Source of the DNA: an uncultured Bifidobacteriaceae bacterium
Lineage (GTDB): Bacteria; Verrucomicrobiota; Verrucomicrobiia; Limisphaerales; UBA11358
Assembly: GCA_964655855.1 (NCBI GenBank)
Contig: CAZZPE010000002.1
Coordinates: forward strand, 89,076-153,075
Length of the DNA: 64,000 nt
Direction: 5' to 3'
The notes under the pieces are model-generated. The model made no database searches. It was given only the letters and a program-made list of their open reading frames with translations, and had not been told where the DNA came from. Positions 17,368 to 30,559 of the stretch are shown here, in pieces (positions within the stretch are counted from its first letter, which is position 1; the number at the start of each line of letters is the position of its first letter). Made by a program: the position numbers and the translations under genes.

Positions 17368-18678
17368 ATGAACCACAAGCCGCAATCAGCGCATTTTCTG
17401 CCATTGGGCGGACTCCTCATCGGGCTGGCGATTGCCAGCGGCTGCACCGGCCTCCGGCCGGCGGCGCCACGAACGCTCCCTGCCGTCGCCGATTTGCCCG
17501 TCCAGACAAACATGCCCAGCCCGCTCGTCACCGACGACGGCAAAATCATCACGACGCCGAGGCAGTGGCAGGCGCATCGCGCGGAGATGAAGCAGATCAT
17601 CGAGCATTACGCCATCGGTCACGCGCCGCCGCCGCCCGGCAATGTGACTGGACGCGAACTGGAGTCCAGAACGCTCGCCGATGGCAGGACATCCTATCGC
17701 CTCGTGCATCTGGCGTTTGGCCCCGGGGAAAAACTGGGATTAGACATTTCCATTTTTCTGCCCATTGAAACCAACGGAATCAAAGCACCGTTTCCCGTGA
17801 TTGTTCAACCGTCATTTTTTGCAATTTCGGAAAATGCGCCGCCGCCGGCTCCGGCGACGAACGCCGTTGCCAGCGGCACAAATTCCGCGCCCGTGAAAAA
17901 ACCACCGGGCTATCACACCTTCATCACGCCCGAAGAGGCGGCGGCGCAATATTCACAGGCGTTGGATCGCGGTTATGCCGTCGTCACTTTTTTTTACCAG
18001 GATTGCGGCCAGGACGGCGGGGATTATCGGAAGACCGGATTTTTCCCGGCCTACCCGGATTACGACTGGGCGGATCTCGCCGCATGGGCGTGGGGCATGT
18101 CGCGCTGTGTGGATTATCTGGAGCATCAAAGCTTCGCGGACAAATCCAAATTCATCGCCGTCGGCCATTCACGGCTCGGCAAGGCCACGCTCGTTGCCGG
18201 CGCGTTTGACGAACGCTTCGCGCTAGTTGCGCCCTGCGGCTCCGGCTGCGGCGGCACCGGCGCGTATCGTTTCAATGGCAAGGGTCGCGGCGGCAGGGAA
18301 GGTCTGGAGGACATCGTGAATCATTTTCCACAATGGACGATTCCGCGCCTCGCGGAATTTTCCAACCGCGTTGAAAGACTGCCGTTCGACCAGCACTGGC
18401 TCATTGATCTCGTCGCGCCGCGCTTGTTCATCGCACCCGACGGCTTGAACGACACCGCCGCCAGCGTCAACGCGCTCGTCCAGTCTTATCTCGCCGCCAA
18501 GCCGGTGTATGCGCTGCTCGGCGTGCCGGACCATCTGGGCATCAATTTCCGTCCGGGCAAGCACATGCTCGCTCCGGAGGACTGGACGGCCATTTTGGAT
18601 TTATCCGATCAGCAGCTTCGCAAGCGGGACGTGAAACGCCGCTTCGATCAACTGCCGCCGCCGGAACCGGCGCTTTAA
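17368..18678 (+). CDS. Alpha/beta hydrolase lipoprotein, CE15 glucuronoyl-esterase-like
   Basis: Lipobox (LAIASGC). GHSRLGKATL resembles the CE15 G-C-S-R-x-G nucleophile motif. Start set at ATG 17368. Confidence 0.55.
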   Translation: MNHKPQSAHFLPLGGLLIGLAIASGCTGLRPAAPRTLPAVADLPVQTNMPSPLVTDDGKIITTPRQWQAHRAEMKQIIEHYAIGHAPPPPGNVTGRELESRTLADGRTSYRLVHLAFGPGEKLGLDISIFLPIETNGIKAPFPVIVQPSFFAISENAPPPAPATNAVASGTNSAPVKKPPGYHTFITPEEAAAQYSQALDRGYAVVTFFYQDCGQDGGDYRKTGFFPAYPDYDWADLAAWAWGMSRCVDYLEHQSFADKSKFIAVGHSRLGKATLVAGAFDERFALVAPCGSGCGGTGAYRFNGKGRGGREGLEDIVNHFPQWTIPRLAEFSNRVERLPFDQHWLIDLVAPRLFIAPDGLNDTAASVNALVQSYLAAKPVYALLGVPDHLGINFRPGKHMLAPEDWTAILDLSDQQLRKRDVKRRFDQLPPPEPAL

Positions 18679-18739
18679 CCAGCAAATCATCCGGCAAAAT
18701 TCCGTTGTCACCCGGCTTGGGCGGCGCGGTTTTGCCGGA

Positions 18740-21700
18740 TCATTTCGCCAACACGGCCTCATCGGATTCTTCAGGCTGCGGGGCGGCGGCTTCCGTGCCA
18801 TCGGTCTTGTGGAATTTCACGCTGACGATCTTGCTCACGCCGTGTTCCTGCATCGTCACGCCGTAAAGGATGTCCGCCATCCCGATGGTCCGCTTGTTGT
18901 GGGTGATGATGACAAATTGCGAACGTCCCAGGAACCGCTGCAAAATTTTCACGAAGCGGATGACGTTCGCCTCGTCGAGCGGCGCATCCAGCTCGTCCAG
19001 CACGCAGAACGGACTCGGCTTGACTTGGTAAATCGAGAACAGCAGCGACACGGCGGTCATCGTCTGTTCGCCGCCGGACAGGAGCGTGATGCTCTGGAGC
19101 TGCTTGCCGGGCGGGCGCGCGACAATTTCGATGCCGCTTTCCAGCACGTCATTTTCGTCCGAGAGAATCAAGTCGGCCTTGCCGCCGCCAAAAACCTCGG
19201 TGAACATGGTCCGGAAGTTGTCGCGGATTTGTGTGAAGGTTTCCACGAACATCTGCCGGGTCTGGACGTTGATGCGGTTGATAACTTCGAGCAACTGCGT
19301 CTTGGCATTGACCAGGTCGTCGTGCTGCTTGGTCAAAAACTGGTAACGCTGCTCGGTCTCCTCGTATTCCTCAATCGCCACCAGGTTGACCGGTCCAATT
19401 TCATCAAGGCGTTTTTGGAGCGTTTCGATCTGCTGCGCCACCGCGCTCCAATCCGTCGCCGCGCCCGCCGCCGCCATTTCCTCCGGCGTCAGCGTCTGCA
19501 CCTTCGCCGGACCCTCGTCGGCAAACGTGATGGTGATGCACTCGCTGCGGATGTCGTCAAGATTCAGGTGGTATTTCTGCCCGACGCGCTCCCGCAGGTT
19601 TTGGACGGCCATGTTTTTCTGCGCCAGCTCAACGTCAATCGTTCCGCGCTGGCTCTGAAATTCCGCCAGCCGATTCCGCTGGCCGCGCAAATTCTCCTCG
19701 CGCGACGAAATGTCCGCCTCCAGCGAGCTTTTCCGCCCGGCCAGTTCAGCGGCCTGCGCGCCGACCTGTTCGCGCTCGTGCCGCAATTTTTCAACCTGCG
19801 CGCGCGAGTCCAGAATCTCGGATTCCGCCTGTTCCTTGCGGCCGACAAACGACGAAACCTCGCCGCGCCGCTGCTCCAGCGCCTGCGCCAGCTCGCGGAT
19901 GCGCCGTTCCAACGCCTGCTGCTGCTGGCGGAATGACGCCGCGAGCTGCTCCTCCGCCGCCAGCCCAACCTTGCTCTCGGTGAGCGCGGTGTTGGCGGTG
20001 TCGCGCTGCTGCCGGAGATGTTCCAGTTCCGCCGTGAGCGCGGCGACTTTTTCCTGGCCGGCGCGTTCGCGCGATTCCAGTTCGGCCAGTTGCGCCGCCA
20101 GCCCGCTCCGCTTCTGCACCCCTTCCTGTTCATGCGCGGCGAGGCTCTGGATTTCAAAGACGACCGTCTCGATTTTCTGGTGGAGCAGCCGGTTGGAATT
20201 CTGGAGCGCGTTGAACTCGCCCTCGCGCGTGGCGATGGCCACCTCCCGCTCGCGCAATTCCGTCTGCGCCTGCTGCAGGCCCGCCTGCAATTCCGTCTGC
20301 TCGCCCAGCAACACGCCGCGCTGACGGCTCATTTCGGCCACGCGATTCTGAACTTCCGTCAATTCGGCCTGCAGCTCGGTGATCTGATTTTTACGGCCGA
20401 GAATGGAACCCGGCGCCTTGGAACTGCCGTGGCCGTTCAAATAGCCGCCGGTGTAGATGCCGTGCCGGCTCAACAAATCGCCGGTCAACGTGACAAAATC
20501 GCAGCCTGCGTGGCCGTTCTGGATTTGCGCCGTCGCCGTCGTGAGATCGGACGCGATGAACGTGCGGCCCAGAAGCGCCTTCAAAAGTTTGTCCACGGAC
20601 GGATCCGTTTGAACCACGTCCAGCGCGCGGACAAACTGGCCCGGTTTCAAACCGCTTTGCGCGGCGGTCTTGTTCTCGTCGGGCGACAATACCCCTCCGA
20701 ACACGAGTTGCTTGTCGTCGGGAATGGAAATGGAAAGCGCCGCAACGCTCGCGCGGCCCGCCTTGTTCGCGCTCAAGTCCGCGAGAATGGCCTGCGCGGA
20801 TTCCGGCTGCTCGGTCAAAACCAGTTGCAGGTGGTGGCCCAGCGCGTTTTCCACCGCCACGACGAACTGGTCCGGAACGCGGATGCGGTCCGCCAGCGAG
20901 CCGATGACCGAACGCGACTGGCGCAGCGCGGCGACCGCGCCGGCGTCGAAACCCTCGCGCGAGCCTTCAAGCTGTTCGAGCACGTTCAGGCGCGAACGCT
21001 TCTCCGCCTGCGCCTGCAAAAACCGGTCCTGCTCGGCGGACGATTTCTGCAACTCGACCTGCAATTCGTGCAGCCGCCCCTGCCGCTGCTCCACCGAGCC
21101 GCGCGTGGTCTGCGCGTTCAGCTTTTCCACCTCGACGCTCGCGGTGAATTCCTGCAAACGCGTTTCCAGCCGCGCGCGCTCCTCCTCAAGCTGGATTTTC
21201 TCGGCGGAAAGTTTTTCGAGCCGGATGGAGTTGCCCTGCTTCTGCAAATCCAGCGCGGTGATCTCGTTGCGGATGCGCGTCAGATCCTGCGCGGCGGCAA
21301 AGGCGGCGGACTGCGCCTGGCGCAGCGATTCCTGCCGGCTTTTCAAATCCTCCTCGACCTTGTTCAACGCCGACTGCTTGGCCCCCAAATCGAGGCGGTG
21401 CTGCGCCAGCGCGGCCTCGGAGGCGGACAATTTTTCCGCCACGGCCTTCAATTCCTCCTGCGCGGCGCGGCAGCGTTCCTCGGCCTGCGTGATGTCCGCC
21501 AGCGCCTTGGCGTTTTGCGCCGCCAGCTCGCGCAGGCGCTCCTCGTTGAACTGAATCCGGCTTTCGTGCCGGTCCGACTCGCCCTTCAATTCCAGTCCGC
21601 GCTGCTGCATCGCGGCGACTTCGTGCTCCAGCTCCGAAAGCCGTTCGCGCAACTGCTTGATTTCATCCTCGCAGCGCAGCAAATCGGCGGAACCGGTTTC

Positions 21701-22483
21701 AATTTCACCGCGCAATTTTTCAGCGGCGGCATTTTTCTCCGCAATCTCCGCCTGCAGCACGTCGAACTGGTGCCGCGCGAGCTGGGTGTCGAGGTGCTGG
21801 AGTTCCTGGGAAATCTGTTTGAATCGGCGCGCCTTGCCGGCCTGCCGCTGGAGCGAGCCGATCTGCCGCTTCACTTCGCGGATCAAATCCGCGACTCGCA
21901 GAAGATTCTGCTCGGTGTATTCCAATTTGCGGAGCGACTCTTTTTTCTGGCTCTTGTATTTCGTGATGCCGGCGGCCTCCTCAAAAATCATCCGGCGGTC
22001 TTCCGGTTTGCTCGAGAGAATTTGCGTGATCTGCCCCTGCGCCAGGACGCTGTAGCTCGTCCGCCCGACGCCCGTGCCCATGAAAAGCTGCTGGATGTCC
22101 TTGAGCCGGCACGGCGTGCGGTTCAGGAAATACTCGCTGTTGCCGTCGCGGAAAATCCGGCGCGTCAGCGTGACCTCGTCATAAGTCACCTCGACGCCCG
22201 CCGCGCGCAAATTCTCCCCGTCCACATCGCCCAGCGTGAGCGAGACTTCGCCCATGCCCATCGGCTTGCGGCTGTCGGTGCCGTTGAAAATCACGTCCGC
22301 CATTTCGCCGCCGCGCAGCGCCTTGGCCGACTGCTCGCCGAGCACCCAGCGGATGGCATCAGAAACATTGGATTTGCCGCAGCCGTTCGGGCCGACAATC
22401 GCCGTGACTCCGGGCTGAAAATTCAGCGCGGTTTTGTCCGCAAAGGACTTGAACCCAAACAGGGTTAAATTTTTTAGATACAT
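18740..22483 (-). CDS. smc: Chromosome segregation protein SMC
   Basis: Walker [10 protein letters not shown], long coiled coils, hinge, signature LSGGEQT, Walker [13 protein letters not shown]. Confidence 0.92.
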   Translation of the reverse strand: MYLKNLTLFGFKSFADKTALNFQPGVTAIVGPNGCGKSNVSDAIRWVLGEQSAKALRGGEMADVIFNGTDSRKPMGMGEVSLTLGDVDGENLRAAGVEVTYDEVTLTRRIFRDGNSEYFLNRTPCRLKDIQQLFMGTGVGRTSYSVLAQGQITQILSSKPEDRRMIFEEAAGITKYKSQKKESLRKLEYTEQNLLRVADLIREVKRQIGSLQRQAGKARRFKQISQELQHLDTQLARHQFDVLQAEIAEKNAAAEKLRGEIETGSADLLRCEDEIKQLRERLSELEHEVAAMQQRGLELKGESDRHESRIQFNEERLRELAAQNAKALADITQAEERCRAAQEELKAVAEKLSASEAALAQHRLDLGAKQSALNKVEEDLKSRQESLRQAQSAAFAAAQDLTRIRNEITALDLQKQGNSIRLEKLSAEKIQLEEERARLETRLQEFTASVEVEKLNAQTTRGSVEQRQGRLHELQVELQKSSAEQDRFLQAQAEKRSRLNVLEQLEGSREGFDAGAVAALRQSRSVIGSLADRIRVPDQFVVAVENALGHHLQLVLTEQPESAQAILADLSANKAGRASVAALSISIPDDKQLVFGGVLSPDENKTAAQSGLKPGQFVRALDVVQTDPSVDKLLKALLGRTFIASDLTTATAQIQNGHAGCDFVTLTGDLLSRHGIYTGGYLNGHGSSKAPGSILGRKNQITELQAELTEVQNRVAEMSRQRGVLLGEQTELQAGLQQAQTELREREVAIATREGEFNALQNSNRLLHQKIETVVFEIQSLAAHEQEGVQKRSGLAAQLAELESRERAGQEKVAALTAELEHLRQQRDTANTALTESKVGLAAEEQLAASFRQQQQALERRIRELAQALEQRRGEVSSFVGRKEQAESEILDSRAQVEKLRHEREQVGAQAAELAGRKSSLEADISSREENLRGQRNRLAEFQSQRGTIDVELAQKNMAVQNLRERVGQKYHLNLDDIRSECITITFADEGPAKVQTLTPEEMAAAGAATDWSAVAQQIETLQKRLDEIGPVNLVAIEEYEETEQRYQFLTKQHDDLVNAKTQLLEVINRINVQTRQMFVETFTQIRDNFRTMFTEVFGGGKADLILSDENDVLESGIEIVARPPGKQLQSITLLSGGEQTMTAVSLLFSIYQVKPSPFCVLDELDAPLDEANVIRFVKILQRFLGRSQFVIITHNKRTIGMADILYGVTMQEHGVSKIVSVKFHKTDGTEAAAPQPEESDEAVLAK

Positions 22484-22794
22484 GACCTAGCTTTCGGTTA
22501 AATCAACCAAATCCACCGGTTAAAGTCCAGCAAAAAACCACAATATAAAGCACACAACCACCCTTGCGACACAACTAATTGGTGAGGAACCGTGATTGGC
22601 GTCGTGTCACAAAACCACCCCTTTATCCATCAATATGCCATGTTTATACGCCTGTGGAAGGCTTTCGTCAAGTGGTTTTTGACTCGGAAAATCCTGTCGC
22701 AAATCAGCGTTTAATATCAGCCGGCCGGGGCAACAGAACGTAAAAGCGGAGGCGGTTGAAATCGGCGGAATTAACGGTTGATTTGGTTGCGAAA

Positions 22795-22835
22795 ACAAAC
22801 CGGCATGGAGACCGTTTCGCGCCGGTTTTGCTTCC
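22795..22835 (-). terminator. Terminator candidate after atpC
   Basis: Minus strand reads aaaccggc-(16-nt loop)-gccggttt, then gttttcgc. Confidence 0.4.
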
Positions 22836-22842
22836 TGAAAAA

Positions 22843-23253
22843 CTATTTCCTTCGCAGCCGCTTGACCCTGAGCTGAGTCGTGGCATGGGCGAGCGCCGCT
22901 TGAATGTGTGCAGACTCCTCGTTGGTGATTTTTTGGGCGAGCCGGGACTCGGCCAGACGGCGGGCTTCCTCGGCCTTGGCCTCGTCAATGTCATCGGCCT
23001 TGATCGCCATGTCGGTCAGGATGGCCACGCGGTCGGCAGTGACCTGCACAAATCCGTCGCCGACGGCGAGGAAAATCGTGTCCTTCCCCTTTTGCGCGAT
23101 GACCTCGCCGGCAACAAGCTGGGTCATCAGCGGCATGTGCAGCGGCAGAATTCCCATCTCGCCTTCCGTGCCGGTGAGCGTGACCATGTCCACGTCGTCG
23201 GAGAAAATCTTCGCCTCCGGCGTGACGATTTCGAGTTTGATGGTTGCAGCCAT
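22843..23253 (-). CDS. atpC: ATP synthase F1 epsilon subunit
   Basis: LEIVTPEAKIFSDDVDMVTLTGTEGEMGILPLHMPLMT; last gene of the atp operon. Confidence 0.85.
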   Translation of the reverse strand: MAATIKLEIVTPEAKIFSDDVDMVTLTGTEGEMGILPLHMPLMTQLVAGEVIAQKGKDTIFLAVGDGFVQVTADRVAILTDMAIKADDIDEAKAEEARRLAESRLAQKITNEESAHIQAALAHATTQLRVKRLRRK

Positions 23254-23325
23254 TGGGTTCGTTAAATCGTTACATTGTTGAATCGTGAATCGGGCACCGT
23301 TTTAACGATGCAACGATTCAAGGGA

Positions 23326-25676
<2,351 letters not shown>

Positions 25677-25679
25677 GGA

Positions 25680-27212
<1,533 letters not shown>

Positions 27213-27221
27213 AAAATTCCG

Positions 27222-27614
27222 TCAAAAACTCTGTTCCAATTGTTCCAGGCGCGTCTTCACGCTGCCATCGTAAAGGTCGCTGCCCACCTGAATCCGCAAC
27301 CCGCCAATCAGCGCCGGATTCTCGCGGAACGAAATGTCCAGGCCGGCGCCGTAAATTTTCTTCATCCGGTCCACCACATCGGCCTGCAAACCGGCGGCCA
27401 GCGGCGTCGCGCTTTCCACGCGCGCGGCGTGCTGCTCCACATCCAGTTGCACCAGCCGGAGCAGCCGCGACAAAATCGCAACGTAGCCGCGCGGCTTCCG
27501 GGCCACCAGCAGCGACACCGCCTGCCGGACGCGGTTTTCGTCCAGCAAGCCATTGACCTGGCAACTGCGGAACAGTTGCCGGGCTTCGCGCTGCTCTAGC
27601 TTGGAAATTTTCAT
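27222..27614 (-). CDS. atpH: ATP synthase F1 delta (OSCP) subunit, short form
   Basis: C-terminal NPALIGGLRIQVGSDLYDGSVKTRL OSCP signature and operon position. Only 130 aa. Confidence 0.7.
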   Translation of the reverse strand: MKISKLEQREARQLFRSCQVNGLLDENRVRQAVSLLVARKPRGYVAILSRLLRLVQLDVEQHAARVESATPLAAGLQADVVDRMKKIYGAGLDISFRENPALIGGLRIQVGSDLYDGSVKTRLEQLEQSF

Positions 27615-27623
27615 TTCGAAATT

Positions 27624-27708
27624 AACGCAAAGTCGCGAAGACGCGGAGGACGCAAAGCAAAGAAAGATTGTGTCTCATTGCGTCTTTGAATCTTTGCGCC
27701 TTGGCGTT
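27624..27708. repeat. Family D long inverted repeat filling the atpF-atpH intergenic space
   Basis: aacgcaaagtcgcgaagacgcggaggacgcaaagcaaag ... cattgcgtctttgaatctttgcgccttggcgtt; the arms are complementary. Confidence 0.75.
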
Positions 27709-27713
27709 GAAAA

Positions 27714-28223
27714 TCATGCCGTCAGTTGTTTTTCGGTTTCCTCGGCGAGCCGTTTCTGGTCATCAGCGGTCAGCACCTTGCCGGTGACGGTGGCAGTGGT
27801 CTGCACGACCAGCCGTCCGACTTCGCGTTTCAACTCGGCGAGCATCCGCGCATGATCCTGCGCGGAGGCTTCGCGAGCCTTGGCCACGATTTGCTCGGCG
27901 GCGGCGATGGCTTTTTGCGTCTCAACCTCGCGCACGCGCGCGGCGGCGGTTCGCGCCTCCTCGATCAAAACATTCGCCTGATCGCCGGCCTGGGCCATAA
28001 CCGCCTTGCGGTCGGCCTGGGTTTTGGCGAGTTCGGCCTTGATCTTGTCGGCGTTGGCCATGGCCTCGGCGATTTTCTGCCGGCGTGCTTCAAGCATGTT
28101 GAAGACGGGCCGGTAGGCGAACCGCCACAGGATGAACAGCACGAAGGAAAAGCTGATCGTCTGCGCGAGCAAAATCCGCCACTGGATTCCTAAAGCGTCC
28201 ATGGCCGGATTATTTGACGACAA
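27714..28223 (-). CDS. atpF: ATP synthase Fo subunit b
   Basis: Single N-terminal TM, long charged helix, operon position. Confidence 0.75.
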   Translation of the reverse strand: MSSNNPAMDALGIQWRILLAQTISFSFVLFILWRFAYRPVFNMLEARRQKIAEAMANADKIKAELAKTQADRKAVMAQAGDQANVLIEEARTAAARVREVETQKAIAAAEQIVAKAREASAQDHARMLAELKREVGRLVVQTTATVTGKVLTADDQKRLAEETEKQLTA

Positions 28224-28428
28224 GCCACGCGATGACCGCCCAGCCTTCGGCGAGCGCCATGCCGACGAACATGAACGTCAGGATTTTGCCGAACATTCCG
28301 GGGTTGCGGCTCATGGCGATGACGCCACCGGCGGTGGCGATGCCGATGCCGATGGCCGCGCCGCCAAAGGCGAGGCCGATGTGGACGTTGCCCTGAATCA
28401 CAGGGGCGACTGCTTGTGCTAACATCAT
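28210..28428 (-). CDS. atpE: ATP synthase Fo subunit c
   Basis: 72-aa hairpin proteolipid with GxGxGxG-like IGIGIATAGG and carboxylate in helix 2 (MALAEG). Confidence 0.85.
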   Translation of the reverse strand: MMLAQAVAPVIQGNVHIGLAFGGAAIGIGIATAGGVIAMSRNPGMFGKILTFMFVGMALAEGWAVIAWLVVK

Positions 28429-28492
28429 AACTTTTCTTTCTTTTTTTTGGTTGTCGCCACGGCAAACAAAACCGCGGCAAATTCAATATTTT

Positions 28493-29479
28493 TCAGTGGC
28501 CGTGCTCCTCATCGTTGTGTGTGCACATCGTGCCGACAAACGCCACGACCAGCATCGCAAACACAAATGCCTGCACCAGGCAGACGAACGTCTCGTAACA
28601 ATAGGTGAACATCGAAAGGGCCAGGCCGGCTAAAAAGGACGGGCTGTGAAACGTCATGTCCAGGATGGTTTCGCCGGCAAAAATGTTGCCATAAAGACGC
28701 ATGGCCAGCGCCACCGGCCGCGCAAAGCCGATGGACAGCAATTCCATCGCGCCAATGAAAACGAACAGGAGGAAAAACAGCGGATAGGCCCATTTGCTCG
28801 TGTCCATTTTTACGCCGAAGATGTGTTTGATCAGCCCCCAAAAACCATTGTAGCGCACCGCCCAGAAAAGGCTCATCGCCAGAAAAATTCCCGCCATCGC
28901 CACCGTCAGGTTCGCGTCGGTCGTCGGCGGACGGAAAAACGGCTTGTGAACTTCCTCAATGGCAAACGGAAGAAAGCTGCCCTTGGCAGGCGTCCCGACG
29001 CCGATGCTGCCGACGCCCGGAATCAAATCCACAAAATTCGACATGACAATGAATATGAAGAACGTCGTCGCAAACGGAAAAACCCAGCGCGCGACCCGCT
29101 TGTCCAGAATGTCGGCAATCAAGCCTTTCCACCCCTCGATGAGCGCCTCCATCACGTTTTGCCCTTTTGACGGGATTTCCCTGATGCTTTTCCATGTCGT
29201 CAGGCGAACGATGACAACAATGAGCGCCGCGACGATCCAAGTGCAGATCATCGAGTTGGTCACCGGCAAACCGAGGACGGTGAAAATCGCGGGAGGAGCG
29301 GCGGAAACCAGTTCCGCAGCCGGTTCAGCCGTTTGCGCCGTCGCGATGGCCGGGCTTGCGGCGGCTCCTGCCGATGGATTGCCGGCCACCGACGGTAGCG
29401 ACGACTGCGCATTCACGCTCACCGCGAATACCGCGGCAAGGAGCGCGCAGACAAAAATGATGGTGCTGAATCGCTTCAC
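28493..29479 (-). CDS. atpB: ATP synthase Fo subunit a, with about 90-aa N-terminal extension
   Basis: Conserved LAMRLYGNIFAGE arginine motif. N-terminal signal-like segment and Ala/Pro-rich linker. Confidence 0.85.
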   Translation of the reverse strand: MKRFSTIIFVCALLAAVFAVSVNAQSSLPSVAGNPSAGAAASPAIATAQTAEPAAELVSAAPPAIFTVLGLPVTNSMICTWIVAALIVVIVRLTTWKSIREIPSKGQNVMEALIEGWKGLIADILDKRVARWVFPFATTFFIFIVMSNFVDLIPGVGSIGVGTPAKGSFLPFAIEEVHKPFFRPPTTDANLTVAMAGIFLAMSLFWAVRYNGFWGLIKHIFGVKMDTSKWAYPLFFLLFVFIGAMELLSIGFARPVALAMRLYGNIFAGETILDMTFHSPSFLAGLALSMFTYCYETFVCLVQAFVFAMLVVAFVGTMCTHNDEEHGH

Positions 29480-29612
29480 GCAAAAACGTCTTTCGGACGA
29501 CGCAAATCATCCGTCTGCCAGACCGTTTGCCGGTCTGAAAGACCGCAGAGCTTGCCTTGCGGTGAAAAAATTCACAAGAACTTTTTGGAAATTTCTGGCC
29601 TAATGGCGGGAA

Positions 29613-30455
29613 TTAAAGCCAGTTTTGGCGCAGCGATTCCGGCGTTGCCCCGCGGGCGCGCAACGTCCTCAAACTCAAGGCGTCGTGGCGCTTGGCCAGC
29701 CGCACACCGGCCTCGTCCAGCCAGAGCGGGCAATGATAAAACGCCGGCGGCGCCAGCCCCAGCGCGCGGTAAATCAAAATCTGCCGCGCGGTGCTCACCA
29801 GCAAATCCGCGCCGCGCACGACCTCGGTGATCCGCATCGCCGCGTCATCCGCCGCACACGCCAGTTGATACGCCGGAACGCCGTCGCCGCGCCAGACCAC
29901 AAAATCGCCAAAATCCCTTCCCGCCACGAACCGCTGCTCGCCGCAATTTCCGTCCGCGAAGGCAATCGTCTCGCCGTCGGGAACGTGGAAGCGCCAGGCG
30001 AATTTTGAGTTTTGAGTTTTTAATTTTGAGTTGCCCCGGCAGGTGCCCGGGTAAATCACCTCGTCGTCCTCCGCGTGCGGCGCGCGTGCGGCCGACCGGA
30101 TGTCCTTGCGCGAACAAGTGCAGGGATAAATGAAGCCGCCGGCGCGGAGCTTTTCCAACGCGGCGCGATAAACCTCCATCCGCCCGCTTTGATTGTAGGG
30201 CGCGAACGGCCCGCCGCAGTCCGGGCCTTCCTGCCATTCAAAACCAAACCAGCGCAGGTCCTCGATCATCGCAGGGACGAATTCCATTTTGAAGCGGGTG
30301 GAATCCAGATCCTCATTCCGCAAGACCAGCGTGCCGCCATTGGCCCGCGCCCGCCGCTGCGCCAGCCAGAACGTCCGCGCATGGCCCAGATGCAGATAGC
30401 CCGTCGGCGACGGCGCGAGCCGTCCGCGATAGTCTGGCGTTGCCGGAAAATTCAC
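29613..30455 (-). CDS. gluQ: Glutamyl-Q tRNA(Asp) synthetase
   Basis: RLAPSPTGYLHLGHARTF (HIGH-like); catalytic-domain-only length. The annotated ATG at 30530 would translate a family D repeat, so a GTG near 30455 is preferred. Start uncertain. Confidence 0.75.
   Translation of the reverse strand: MNFPATPDYRGRLAPSPTGYLHLGHARTFWLAQRRARANGGTLVLRNEDLDSTRFKMEFVPAMIEDLRWFGFEWQEGPDCGGPFAPYNQSGRMEVYRAALEKLRAGGFIYPCTCSRKDIRSAARAPHAEDDEVIYPGTCRGNSKLKTQNSKFAWRFHVPDGETIAFADGNCGEQRFVAGRDFGDFVVWRGDGVPAYQLACAADDAAMRITEVVRGADLLVSTARQILIYRALGLAPPAFYHCPLWLDEAGVRLAKRHDALSLRTLRARGATPESLRQNWL
30001..30033. repeat. Heptanucleotide tandem repeat (ttttgag-like x4) inside gluQ
   Basis: aattttgag ttttgag tttttaa ttttgag ttg; encodes NSKLKTQNSKF in a loop after the conserved PGTCR. 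Confidence 0.8.
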
Positions 30456-30462
30456 GACAGCA

Positions 30463-30492
30463 ATTAACCACCAAGACGCAAAGGCACAAAGC
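30463..30492. repeat. Family D half-element
   Basis: ttaaccaccaagacgcaaaggcacaaag matches the left arm of the element at 57530-57596. No clear partner arm. Confidence 0.55.
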
Positions 30493-30559
30493 TTTCTTTT
30501 TGGCACAGCGCCGGAAATTAGGATGGACATTTGCCGGGGTTGAATTCTATTTTGCCGCC

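Noticed and set aside
20018-22468. Very long antisense ORFs: 816 aa opposite smc, 512 aa (24807-26345) opposite atpG/atpA, 473 aa (37549-38970) opposite gltX, 479 aa (1305-2744) and 375 aa (229-1356)
   Set aside because: The opposite strands carry unmistakable conserved motifs (Walker A, HIGH/KMSKS and others). The antisense products are Arg/Ala/Gly-rich and low in complexity, as expected for stop-poor high-GC DNA.
28436-28450. T10/A-rich homopolymer upstream of atpE as a phase-variation tract
   Set aside because: It lies in the untranslated leader, 5-prime of the atpE ATG. A purine-rich leader (aaaaaaaaagaaagaaaag) is more plausibly a translation enhancer for the highly expressed c subunit.
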